In this document: piece after piece, positions 1 through 11,957 of the stretch
How the letters are laid out: every line of letters begins with the position of its first letter
How positions within the stretch are numbered: the stretch's first letter is position 1
Assembly: GCF_009914755.1 (NCBI RefSeq)
Contig: NC_060926.1
Direction: 5' to 3' (one strand)
Origin: the human T2T-CHM13v2.0 reference genome, Homo sapiens
Length of the DNA stretch: 64,000 nucleotides
Notes under the pieces: generated by a model
What the model saw: only the letters and a program-made list of their open reading frames with translations
Databases searched by the model: none
What the model was told of the DNA's origin: nothing
Made by a program: the position numbers and the translations under genes

Positions 1-119
1 GGAGGAAACCACCTCACACACTCTGAGCTTGAACTCAGAAGGTTCTCTGATAAAAGGGGATGAGAAAGGGGCAGGTGCCCTCCGGTAGCAGTAAATCTAC
101 TTTTTCCCTGTCTTTGTAG

Positions 120-169
120 GGCTGACAAGTCCACCCCACTGACCAACAAAGGCCAACCGAGAGGACCTG
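120..169 (+). CDS. ASAP2: ASAP2 internal coding exon (proline-rich region, ADKSTPLTNKGQPRGP)
   Basis: ttgtag acceptor at 118-119 and G|gtaatt donor at 170. Phase joins the next exon to read ...RGP-V-DLSATE, which I recognise as ASAP2. Confidence 0.9.
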
Positions 170-287
170 GTAATTATTTAATTTGGGACTGAGTTTGTTT
201 CTGCTTGGTCCATGGGGGCAATGTGGGGGATGTTTCCTGCCAGGTGGTCAGGACTGAGGGAGGGCCCAGCTGTCTGCCATTCCACAG

Positions 288-1775
288 CCCTCCTGCCCCC
301 TCCCCTCCTGCCCCCTCCCCTCCTGCCCCCTCCCCTCCTGCCCCCTTCCCCTCCTGCCCCCTTCCCCTCCTGCCCCCTTCCCCTCCTGCCCCCTTCCCCT
401 CCTGCCCCCTTCCCCTCCTGCCCTCCTGCCCCCTCCCCTCCTGCCCCCTTCCCCTCCTGCCCCCTTCCCCTCCTGCCCCCTTCCCCTCCTGCCCCCTTCC
501 CCTCCTGCCCCCTTCCCCTCCTGCCCCCTCCCCTCCTGCCCCCTCCCCTCCTGCCCCCTTCCCCTCCTGCCCCCTTCCCCTCCTGCCCCCTTCCCCTCCT
601 GCCCCCTTCCCCTCCTGCCCCCTTCCCCTCCTGCCCTCCTGCCCCCTCCCCTCCTGCCCCCTTCCCCTCCTGCCCCCTTCCCCTCCTGCCCCCTTCCCCT
701 CCTGCCCCCTTCCCCTCCTGCCCCCTTCCCCTCCTGCCCCCTTCCCCTCCTGCCCTCCTGCCCCCTCCCCTCCTGCCCCCTTCCCCTCCTGCCCCCTTCC
801 CCTCCTGCCCCCTTCCCCTCCTGCCCCCTTCCCCTCCTGCCCTCCTGCCCCCTCCCCTCCTGCCCCCTTCCCCTCCTGCCCCCTTCCCCTCCTGCCCCCT
901 TCCCCTCCTGCCCCCTTCCCCTCCTGCCCTCCTGCCCCCTCCCCTCCTGCCCCCTTCCCCTCCTGCCCTCCTGCCCCCTCCCCTCCTGCCCTCCTGCCCC
1001 CTCCCCTCCTGCCCTCCTCCCCTCCTGCCCTCCTGCCCCCCTCCCCTCCTGCCCTCCTGCCCCCCTCCCCTCCTGCCCCCCTCCCCTCCTGCCCCCTCCC
1101 CTCCTGCCCTCCTGCCCCCTCCCCTCCTGCCCTCCTCCCCTCCTGCCCTCCTGCCCCCCTCCCCTCCTGCCCTCCTCCCCTCCTGCCCTCCTGCCCCCTC
1201 CCCTCCTGCCCTCCTCCCCTCCTGCCCTCCTGCCCCCCTCCCCTCCTGCCCCTTCCCCTCCTGCCCTCCTGCCCCCCTCCCCTCCTGCCCACCTTCCCTC
1301 CTGCCCCCTCCCCTCCTGCCCTCCTGCCCCCCTCCCCTTCTGCCCTCCTGCCCCCCTCCCCTCCTGTACCCCTCCCCCCTCCCCTCCTGTACCCCTCCCC
1401 CCTCCTGCCCCCTCCCCTCCTGCCCCCTGCCCCCCTCCCCTCCTGCCCCCTCCCTTCCTACCCCCTCCCCTCCTGCCCCCTCCCCTCCTCCCCTCATGCC
1501 CTCCTGCCCCCTCCCCTCCTGCCCCCCCTCCCCTCCTCCCCTCCTGCCCCCCTCCCCTCCTGCCCTCTTCCCCTCCTTCCTTCCCTCCTTCCTTCCTTCC
1601 TCCCCCACTCCTGCCTTCCTCTGCTCCCTTCTCCTCCTCTCCCCCTCCCTCCCCCATCTCATGCCTTCCTCCCCCGCCACCTGCCTTCCTCCACCCCTCC
1701 CTTCCCCTCCCCTCCTCTCACCCTCCTCCCTGCCTTCCTCCTCCCTCCTCCCTCCTGCCATCCTCCCTCCTCCCT
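288..1775. repeat. C-rich polypyrimidine minisatellite (15/16-bp units GCCCCCT(T)CCCCTCCT with 8-bp GCCCTCCT inserts), degenerating toward its 3' end
   Basis: Directly visible tandem units. It explains the five long low-complexity ORFs. Confidence 0.97.
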
Positions 1776-2044
1776 CGGCCTCTGAGACCCCTGCTCCTGA
1801 GCAGCTCAGTCCTGGGGCCCCTCACCTGTCCCCTCCTGCTGACATGGCAGGCTCACTGGGGGACACTCGCTGCCACACAAGCTCTCCAAGGTCTGCATCC
1901 AAGTCAGAAGGTTCCCTTTCCCCTCAACAGATCGGAACACCTGGGGAAACCTGCTTTCAGACACACCCTGTGGCTTGTACATTGTTTACATCTCATGGCT
2001 GTGATTGATGGGATGTCTTAAGCTGCTTCATTTTTGCCCTACAG

Positions 2045-2133
2045 TGGATCTCTCTGCAACGGAAGCTCTGGGTCCTCTGTCCAATGCTATGGTCCTGCAG
2101 CCCCCTGCACCCATGCCTAGGAAGTCGCAGGCA
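2045..2133 (+). CDS. ASAP2: ASAP2 coding exon (VDLSATEALGPLSNAMVLQPPAPMPRKSQA)
   Basis: ctacag acceptor and GCA|gtaagt donor; 89 nt, phase 1 to 0. Confidence 0.95.
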
Positions 2134-2576
2134 GTAAGTGACGAGCCCCCTTTCCTGCCTCTCTGCTCTAGCCAGGGGGGTGCAGGTGGTTTCACAAGGG
2201 CTCAGGGGAAGCAAGTCTTCCCCTCTTCCCCTGGCTGGGGCAGGGCGGGGCTCTTCTTGGTACCTGACTGCTTGGATCTGGGCAGCTGGTGGGTTTGGCC
2301 CTCCTGCCGCAGCTCCACAATGGGCCCACTCAGAGTACCCTGCCCCGGCCGCTTCGTTTCCCAGCCCTTGGCCCCTTCTCTCTGCTTGGTGGGGAGCTCT
2401 TCCCTTTTCTCTCCCTGGCTCCTGAGCTGCACTGACCTGCCCCACCTTGGCATCTGCAGGCTTCTCAGGCCTAGGTACGGGACTCCTGAGACCGGGGAAG
2501 GCAGGGTGCTTGAGCTCTCTGCCCTGAGAGCTGAGGCCTGCAGCCACACTAACCGTTGTTCCCTCTCCTGACCCAG

Positions 2577-2699
2577 ACCAAGTTGAAGCCTAAGCGGGTG
2601 AAAGCGCTCTATAACTGTGTGGCTGACAACCCCGATGAGCTCACCTTCTCCGAGGGGGATGTGATCATCGTGGACGGGGAGGAGGACCAGGAGTGGTGG
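2577..2699 (+). CDS. ASAP2: ASAP2 penultimate exon, N-terminal part of the SH3 domain (TKLKPKRVKALYNCVADNPDELTFSEGDVIIVDGEEDQEWW)
   Basis: SH3 signature ALY..EL.F..GD.I...WW; branch point CACTAAC at 2547-2553; cccag acceptor and gtgagt donor. Confidence 0.97.
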
Positions 2700-3649
2700 G
2701 TGAGTCAAGGGTGGGCCTGGGAGGTTCCTGGGGGCTGAGCCACGTCCCTGCCCACCTGGCTGGAGAGACGGGCTTGCAGGTGAGGTTTTCTCAGCCTGAG
2801 CAGTCCAGATGTAGTTCCTGGTGCCTCCGCCCCTTAGCATCCTCAGGAGCTGCTTCCTCCATGGACACCCCCTTCTGAGCAGGCCTGATTATTCCCCAGG
2901 GTGGCTTCCTCCCCTGTTAGGGTGCAGTTTCCACAGCACTCATGAGGGCCTGAAATGACACTCCTTCATTTTGAGGTCTTGAGTTTCTAGGTCATCACCC
3001 CCCATTGCTGGATTAGTGGAATCGGGTGTCTGGAGAGAGCTGACCTAGAGCGCAGAGCCCCAGGCCTGAGTCTGGTCCTGAAACAAGCTGTGGCCGCCCA
3101 GGCGTCCAGCAGGGTGTGGGAGCAAGATGAGTGCCGGCCACCTAAGAATTCAGACTTGGCCACTCAGGGGCTGGTGGCTTGGGGCAGGTTGCTTTTATCT
3201 TTAAGCATTAGTGGGATCATCTGTGACAGGGAGGTCACACACACACAGTCTGGTGCAGGTGATCTTGTGAGCACCCACTAAGCGGCAGCTGCAGACAGTG
3301 AGGGCGGTGGATGAACCGGCTTGAATGGGGCGCGGACAGAAAGCCCCAGGCTGAGCCCACCACACAGTAGACGCAAGTGGCACAGCTCCGCAACTGAGCT
3401 CAGAGCAGACAGTTCAGCTGGGAACTCACAGGATTTAGGGGAACTTCTTTGTCGAGTGCGAGGAGTTTGGACACTGTCTTTAGTCACTGTCCCTCCCAGA
3501 ACTCCCACTAGTGTTTAAACTGCATGTCTTCAGCCTCCAGAGGCGCTGTGAGCTCTCAGGGCCAGGCAGCACTGCCTTCATTTGGCAGAGCTGGGTTCAC
3601 CGGTCTTTCCTGTGGCCTCGTTTGCCCTTAATGGATTGAAAGTGTCTGT

Positions 3650-3822
3650 GGCCTGGGCGCGGTGGCTCACGCCCATAATCCCAGCACTTTGGGAGGCCGA
3701 GGCAGGCGGAACACTTGAGGTCAGGAGTTCGAGACCAGCCTGGCCAACATGGTTCTCTACTAAAAATACAAAAAATTAGCTAGGTGTGGTGGCAGGCACC
3801 TGTAATCCCAGCTACTCGGGAA
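3650..3822 (+). mobile_element. 3'-truncated Alu
   Basis: GGCCTGGGCGCGGTGGCTCACGCC head; left arm plus part of the right arm. Confidence 0.9.
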
Positions 3823-4555
3823 CCAGCCAGCTCCCACAGTTGCCCACAACCCACCATCCGGAAGGGGCGCCAACCTGACCACAGGCTTAGCCATGTGGAA
3901 AATACCTGCTCATTTCCAAAACTGGAAAATAGAGGCATAAAGAAGAAAACAGAAGTTGCCCATAACCACAGCACCCCCCACCCACTCCACAAAAAGCCCA
4001 CCATTCATATTTTGGCTGTTTTTAGCCTTTTATTTGCCTACATCATTTACACTCTTGAGATCATATTTGGATATAATTTATGTATCTACCCAAGAGGGAA
4101 CATAAGTGGATAGAGTGAAGCCTTCCACAAGTACTTAACTCATTGAAATGGGGCCAACTTATACCTTTGCCACTTTAGGTGACGTTGCAGCTCACAAACT
4201 TGTGACACTCAGTTCATTCATTCATTCATTCATTGAAAAATGGCAAGTGGGAAGTAGTGGTCAGACAGCTGACCTGTGTGCCTCCCAAGAACAGGTGGGG
4301 GTGGCCATCCCCACGAGCGAACATCTGGGACATGGCTGGGAAGAGCTCCTTACACGGGAGAGGCCTGCACTATTTGAAATGTGGTGAGGAAAAACGGACA
4401 AAAATCATTTGGATGTTTTACCTAAGTAATTCCTTGTCGGAAGAGTCTTCTGAACCAATCTTGCTTTTCTTCACCAAACGCTCTATGTAATGCTCTTCAA
4501 AGTTTCCACCAACATTTGGAATTTTAATAACAACCTACACTTTTCTCCATTTCAG

Positions 4556-4630
4556 ATTGGCCACATTGATGGAGATCCTGGTCGCAAAGGCGCATTCCCG
4601 GTGTCATTTGTGCACTTTATCGCTGACTGA
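4556..4630 (+). CDS. ASAP2: ASAP2 last coding exon, end of SH3 (IGHIDGDPGRKGAFPVSFVHFIAD*)
   Basis: tttcag acceptor; SH3 G.FP..FV motif; TGA at 4628-4630. Confidence 0.97.
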   Translation: MGHIDGDPGRKGAFPVSFVHFIAD

Positions 4631-6985
4631 ATTGCTACTGAACAAAAGCATTAACAGTTATGTTCCTGTTTCGTTATTGGTACCAAAACTCTTGCCAGAT
4701 AACCAGTTTCATGAACTGTTTGTATGGCAGCCCATGTTCTCTAATGCCACTGCTCTGTTTTAAAAACTCAGAGGCAATTTTTACATATCAGTAATTGTTT
4801 TTATAATTTGTGGTTTTCATGAAACATTGCTATGCATTTATTAGGAAAAACTGAATTTCCCAACAGGTGAACTGAAAAGTTATTTTAACTATTATACATA
4901 ATCAAGATCCTGCCTCTACGGAATTAGCTAAACCTAAAAATGTTTGCATTAATGAATAAATTCTTCCTGCATTCCTTGGCCCAGTTCTGGAGTTGGTGAC
5001 CTTTATCACAATTATTATTTTAGGCAGCCAGTGAACTGCTGCTTCAGAAGTCCATAGCCCAGCTCTGAACTTTCTCGATAAAATGCCATCAGTTCACCTT
5101 TAAAGACACACATTCCTTTGAAATCCACCCAGTGTTTAAAAAGCAACTTGGAAATTTACACATTAGCATTGTACTTTCTAGCCCTAATTTGTGAGGTTGC
5201 AGCTATCATTATATTCTGCATGTATGTATAACCTGTTGTGAACAATCATACTTAACAAAACTACTGATGGTTTATGACAACGTAGGGTAACTACAGTTCA
5301 TTCTGTTCCAGGTTATATAAAACTGCATTTCCTGAATTTGGTTAAAAACTAAGGATGATGGATTGCAAAACAGTTCTTTTAAATTAGTTTATATGCTTTA
5401 GGTGTTTTGGAATTTGCCTTCTTGAACTTCCTGAGTCACACAGAAAGCAACTGTACACAGTAGAATTCTGTGGCGCAGACCATGCTGTATTAACACATCA
5501 CTTGCTGTTTCCTACTGAGTGTACCACTGCCTTCCCTTCTAGCCCAGGAGAATGTTTACTCAGTTTAGTGTCTTGTATTTCTATAATACTCCAACAGGAA
5601 TGGTAGTCACACTGTCTTGAAATTGAATCTGTCCATCTGTTTATAATCAAGAACATATCAGAAATATATAGGTCCCAGGTAATACTCCCAAACATCCCAC
5701 TTTTTACTGTTTCAGGCCATCATATCATTCTTAAGCTACTTGGGGTGGTAGTAGAGGATTAGGTTGTCTATTATAAAACCAAAACTCATTCGTTTAATGA
5801 ACTTGACTGTCATACCTCTATTTAGTAATTGCGAGGGTAAGATTCATAGTAGGAATATTGGAAATTTTGGCACTCTGAGAATAAATAGGCATATGATACC
5901 CACTTGGACTTTTAACAAAAGTAAAGGAATAAATTTGCATATAGGCTTGGAAAGTGAGGCAGCAATGCTGTTAACTGCATTTGTTGTGATGGTGCATTTG
6001 ATTGAAGCAGCTTGTCTTTATTATGCAAGACTGTGTAGAGTTTTTTTTTTTTTTGGCATTGTACTTTTTGTTTTTGTTATAAAGGAAGACAGAACAAACT
6101 GGAATGTTTTATGATGTTGTATAGCAATCGCTTTTTACCTTTCAAAGTTCCGGGTAAAAATGTGTTATATCTGTAGTTTTTTGTTTTTGTTTTTTTTTAA
6201 AGCACTACATCTGTTTTCACTAATTGTTAATTTCTGTTTGAACCCTTCATTTAATTTTCTCATAGATTTAAGTAAACAGATGTATTTTGCACAGTGCACT
6301 TATGTCTATTTTAACAATCCTCCTGCATCTGTATTTTATAGTCAGCCTTTTGACCACCTGGTGCCAGCTATATAAGGAATAAAGTTGATTCATATCAACA
6401 TTAGAACTCCAGTCCCAAACTAATCTGTCAGGTTCACTGGTACATAAATACCTAGGAAATATTTTTCCAGTCTACAATTTGGTGCTATTGTGCAGTAACT
6501 AATAGTACTCTTACCAGAGGAGAAATTATATTAACGACCCTGCTAATATCCTTTCTTAGTTATTTGCTCCTTGCAAATTAAAAAAGCAACTAAGAGAAAG
6601 AAAAACATTGTAGATATCTATTTATATTTAAAGTTTATGTTTCATGAACTGCAGCTGCAGGATTCTGGCATTTTGCATGCCATTCTCCATCAGATCTGGG
6701 ATGATGGCTCAGAACATGTACACAGACTAAGAGTAACTGTGTGATCTGTTAAGGGGTGGATAACATAATATGCAGCTTAGGATGCTATTTTGAGATGTAT
6801 GATATTCAGTTCATTCACCTGATTACTTTGGTTGCAGCACAACTGTATATATTGTATAACCGAAATTGATTATTTTCATTGTCCTTAATGCAGTGATTTA
6901 TAATTAGAGCATGTTTAATAAGTTTACTCTTCTTGTTAACTAGTCATTTGACTGGAAAAAAATAAAATACTTTTAAATGGACATG
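4631..6985 (+). other. ASAP2: ASAP2 3'UTR (about 2.3 kb, AU-rich, no recognisable repeats)
   Basis: Follows the stop codon. AATAAA at 4955, 5880, 5928, 6378 and 6961; the end is inferred from the last one, which has a U-rich downstream element. Confidence 0.75.
6961..6966 (+). terminator. ASAP2: ASAP2 distal poly(A) signal AATAAA
   Basis: AATAAA followed about 20 nt later by a GT/T-rich tract (ggttttatttttaatgttttt). Confidence 0.75.
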
Positions 6986-6987
6986 GT

Positions 6988-6993
6988 TTTATT
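6988..6993 (-). terminator. ITGB1BP1: ITGB1BP1 distal poly(A) signal AATAAA
   Basis: TTTATT on +. On - it is followed by the U-rich tract tattttattttttt. Confidence 0.7.
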
Positions 6994-7311
6994 TTTAATG
7001 TTTTTAATCTTTAAAGTTTTGTATATTGACAGTCCTTTAAAAAAAGTACACTATCATACTGTACATGGGATCTTTACATACTTTTAGCATGAGCGGTAAT
7101 CTTTTAAGGTTCTCTTAACTCTAGGAATTGTGGTTGGCCAGCATGTTATCTTGACCAGACACTTCTGAAAATCTGCTTTGTGTGTCTTAAGTTGGCAATG
7201 TCATTGTTCCAGACCAGCATGAATCCTGGTCTCCAGTCCACACCTCTGCCGGACAGAGGTCCATGCCAGTGATACCATGACTGGGAAGCCACCACTGAGC
7301 CCATGTCCTCA

Positions 7312-7643
7312 GTCTTCCTCAGGCCTTCAGTGTGTGTCACTGAGTGGACCTCTGTGACATCTCGTCTTCCTCAGGCCTTCAATGTGTGTTTGTCACTGAG
7401 TGGACCTCTGTGACATCTAGTCTTCCTCAGGCCTTCAGTGTGTGTTTGTCACTGAGTGGACCTCTGTGACATCTCGTCTTCCTCAGGCCTTCAGTGTGTG
7501 TTTGTCACTGAGTGGACCTCTGTGACATCTAGTCTTCCTCAGGCCTTCAGTGTGTGTTTGTCACTGAGTGGACCTCTGTGACATCTCGTCTTCCTCAGGC
7601 CTTCAGTGTGTGTTTGTCACTGAGTGGACCTCTGTGACATCTA
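7312..7643. repeat. 56-bp VNTR, 6 copies (first copy 52 bp), in the ITGB1BP1 3'UTR
   Basis: Unit gtcttcctcaggccttcagtgtgtgtttgtcactgagtggacctctgtgacatct[c/a] starts at 7312, 7364, 7420, 7476, 7532 and 7588. Confidence 0.97.
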
Positions 7644-7759
7644 GGCTTCTGTGACACTTAGGTTAAGCTTATTAGAAGTTGAAAAAGACAAATGAAGTTT
7701 TTTAGCCCAGAAAATAGATGACTTCATTGAGAGTTAACTCACTGTGTAATAGGATACAT

Positions 7760-7765
7760 TTTAAT
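7760..7765 (-). terminator. ITGB1BP1: Candidate proximal ITGB1BP1 poly(A) signal ATTAAA
   Basis: TTTAAT on +, about 150 nt after the stop codon and upstream of the VNTR in transcript orientation. Confidence 0.5.
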
Positions 7766-7912
7766 AAACAAATGATCAGCATTTTACACAATCCATTTTC
7801 TTCAGAAAATCTAGAGCAAGGGATAACTTCATTATTTGCATAACATTTCAGCATTGCAGTTTGAAAACAGCTGAACTTTCAGATGAAGTTGACTTCTACT
7901 TGATTGCAGGAT

Positions 7913-7984
7913 TCAGGGTTTCTCAGATGTTAATACAGAGTCAAAAGCGGTGGATAAAACCTTGCAAATGGCTTGTGCTTGTTC
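7913..7984 (-). CDS. ITGB1BP1: ITGB1BP1 last coding exon (EQAQAICKVLSTAFDSVLTSEKP*)
   Basis: tag acceptor at 7987-7985; TGA at 7915-7913; PTB C-terminal helix of ICAP-1. Confidence 0.97.
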   Translation of the reverse strand, partial: EQAQAICKVLSTAFDSVLTSEKP

Positions 7985-8527
7985 CTACATTACATGAAAG
8001 ATAGAGTAAGAGCAACATTCATCTGTCTCTTCGTGAACTTAATTTGGCTAGCAGAGGCACACACCTGACCCTCTTAAGACCTCTCCTAAGCAAGCCGACC
8101 ACACATGCCTGCCTGGGTCAATGGAACCCATACTATGAGCTTCCCTGCACGTGGGCCCTTTCTGCCCTCCTTCAGAGGAAAGCAAACAGCGACTGCAGCC
8201 TGCAAAGGCTGATCACGCAGTCTAGGAGGGCAACAACGTTCGGAAATGGAAGAAGCCTTCGGCCCCTGGAGGATACATTTTTCCTCAGCTGCTTTGTTTA
8301 CCTTTTAAATCCAGGCACAAGCGAGTGCTGCCACTGGCCCTAACAAATATTTCACAAACCTGCACTGTCTTGCCAGCCGGCTGACCTCCGGCCTAATATT
8401 CATTCACTATCCCCAGGCCAAGATATTCCATATATAATGGATTGTATTTCTTCAGCCTTCAAAAACAGTAGTCCCTGGGTGTTGCGACTTGATGGGCAAG
8501 CAGCTAACCAAAGTAACGAAGTCTCAC

Positions 8528-8677
8528 CAGGCTGTTGCACTGATAAACCCACAGGCTGTATTCCTCATTGCTTGCATCTGTGGTCTTCAGAGCCAGTAAG
8601 CTTTTTCCCGCCCCCAGACCGTCATCGTAACACACCATCCGGATTATTAAGTAGAGAGCATGCCTGTGCAAAACATC
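8528..8677 (-). CDS. ITGB1BP1: ITGB1BP1 exon 6 ([20 protein letters not shown]...QCNSL); 150-nt symmetric exon matching the 50 aa absent from ICAP-1beta
   Basis: ctgcag acceptor and gtgaga donor; phase 0-0; residues 128-177. Confidence 0.96.
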
Positions 8678-9192
8678 CTGCAGAAGTCAGGAAAGATTCC
8701 GAGAGATCAGGACTCTCAAATGTTTGTCAGTCCTGATGACACACCCTCCCAGGCAGAGTGAGGCTTGAAACAGCATATCCATAGGTTTCTCACCCCAAGG
8801 GATGTCCTGTATGCTCAGTCTCGGGCAATGCCTTCAGATCCCAGCAAGCCAGGAGTGCAGTGATCTAAACTGACTATCCCAGTGTCTGTGCCCACCGTCC
8901 AAGCTGACAGCTGCTCTTAATTGATGAGGGGCCCTTAGTTGAAAATGCATTCGGAGCCATCTGTGTGTTTGGGGGTGGGGGGGGGCAGGTTGCATGGGCC
9001 CTTCCAACACAGGAGAGAAAAGGAAGCCCCTATTCACCTTAAGAAATTGGTCACGTTTAAGACCAACTGCCAGGAATGTTTACAAACCAATCACTCTGCA
9101 AACAGGAGTGGCCCTAATTATAAGGGGGCTCTTAATGGCCTGAATTCCCTGTTATCTAAAACATAGTTTTCTTAATAAATTATATTACTTAC

Positions 9193-9285
9193 ATATTGAT
9201 CTGATGTTGATACTTTTATGCCATACTTGGAAACTCCCATAATAAATTCTTCCTCCGGAGGAACAAAAGGCAACTTTCCATCTTG
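9193..9285 (-). CDS. ITGB1BP1: ITGB1BP1 exon 5 ([31 protein letters not shown])
   Basis: ttaaag acceptor and gtaagt donor; 93 nt. Confidence 0.96.
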
Positions 9286-9474
9286 CTTTAAAGTAAAAAT
9301 AAATTCCATGATAAAGATTAAAATTACATAATAGTCTTAAGTCTGACTAGTCACTTTGAGTATCTGGCCATCGCAAGCCCAAACCCTTTAAAGAATGTGG
9401 GGTACACATTAGCCAGGCAAGAGTCTCTCTCCCAGAGGCAGAAGAAACATTTCCCCCCATTTACAAAAAGGTTA

Positions 9475-9858
<384 letters not shown>

Positions 9859-10879
9859 GCATTTTTACAGCCCACAACTCTGAGCAAAATTCACATCCAT
9901 CCCTTTCATGCATATTGTTTGTCTTGGAGTTAATCCTAATTACACACTGAGCTGCTTCTCACAAAACCTGCTGATGTTAAAATACCTACATGAGAAAAAT
10001 GAAGATCTTCATTTCCACAGCATAGACCAGTGTTAGCGTGTGGGATGATCAGGAAGCAGAGCCCACATATCCTGCCCAGATGGGAAGGCGTGTCTGGTGA
10101 TGCCACGCCTCAGGGCTTCGGGCTGGCAAGTGCTGCTGATGAGCAGTTACTCCACTCACAAAAACATGAATTGGGGTTTTCAGCTACTCAGGAACCGCAG
10201 ATAATCCCTGACAGCTTCCCTGGCGGACGATCCGGTCTCGGCTCCCAGACCGGAATACCACCTACTTCGTCTTCCCTAACGTAAGACGCTGTTGGCAACC
10301 TATGGATGTTCTGTACTGTCAATGGTTTTGTGGAACCACTCGCCCACATTAAAGACATTACAGTAAATAAGCTGCATCCCAATACCTTACTTCTTGGGTC
10401 CTCACAATGTTACAGTACCCGCTTGCCAATCGCTTCCCACAGTGGGTTTAAAGCAATTCCAAGAACCACGGTATGGGATAATAGTCAAGCTATTGTCAAT
10501 ACTGGAATTTTAGCAAGCAAAAATTCTATGGTGATATGAGAAATTTAGTAGTCCTTATAGGAATGAAAATAATGCTAGTGTATTTTTGAGGGGAAGAATT
10601 ATTAATCTTTCAGTACAACACTTAGACTGGTTGTAGCTTTTATGGTTAAGACCACACTGAACGTTGCGGCTCGTTCTTGGAACTACAACTTTAAGCGAAA
10701 TCATGCATATAACAAAACCATTTTTTTTTCTCATCAACATCATAAAACATTATAACAAAATGACCTTGAAAAACGAGTTACTTGGAGGAACTAATCTAGG
10801 TGGTTTTCCAAGAACCAATCAATGAGGTTACGTGAGGACTTAATGTAGTTTGTTGGAATGACTTTATATTCCCAACTAA

Positions 10880-11957
<1,078 letters not shown>

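Noticed and set aside
174-2008. Five 370-600 aa Gly/Arg/Glu- or Pro-rich ORFs
   Set aside because: They are translations of the stop-free VNTR inside an ASAP2 intron, open in nearly every frame, so openness carries no information.
2128-2139. Tandem GC/GT donor (CAG|GCA|GTAAGT) that could drop one Ala
   Set aside because: GC donors need a near-perfect match elsewhere. GCAGTA is poor next to a consensus GTAAGT.
7312-7643. CRISPR-like appearance (repeated palindromic units)
   Set aside because: There are no unique spacers, the units are contiguous and near-identical, the context is eukaryotic and there are no cas genes.
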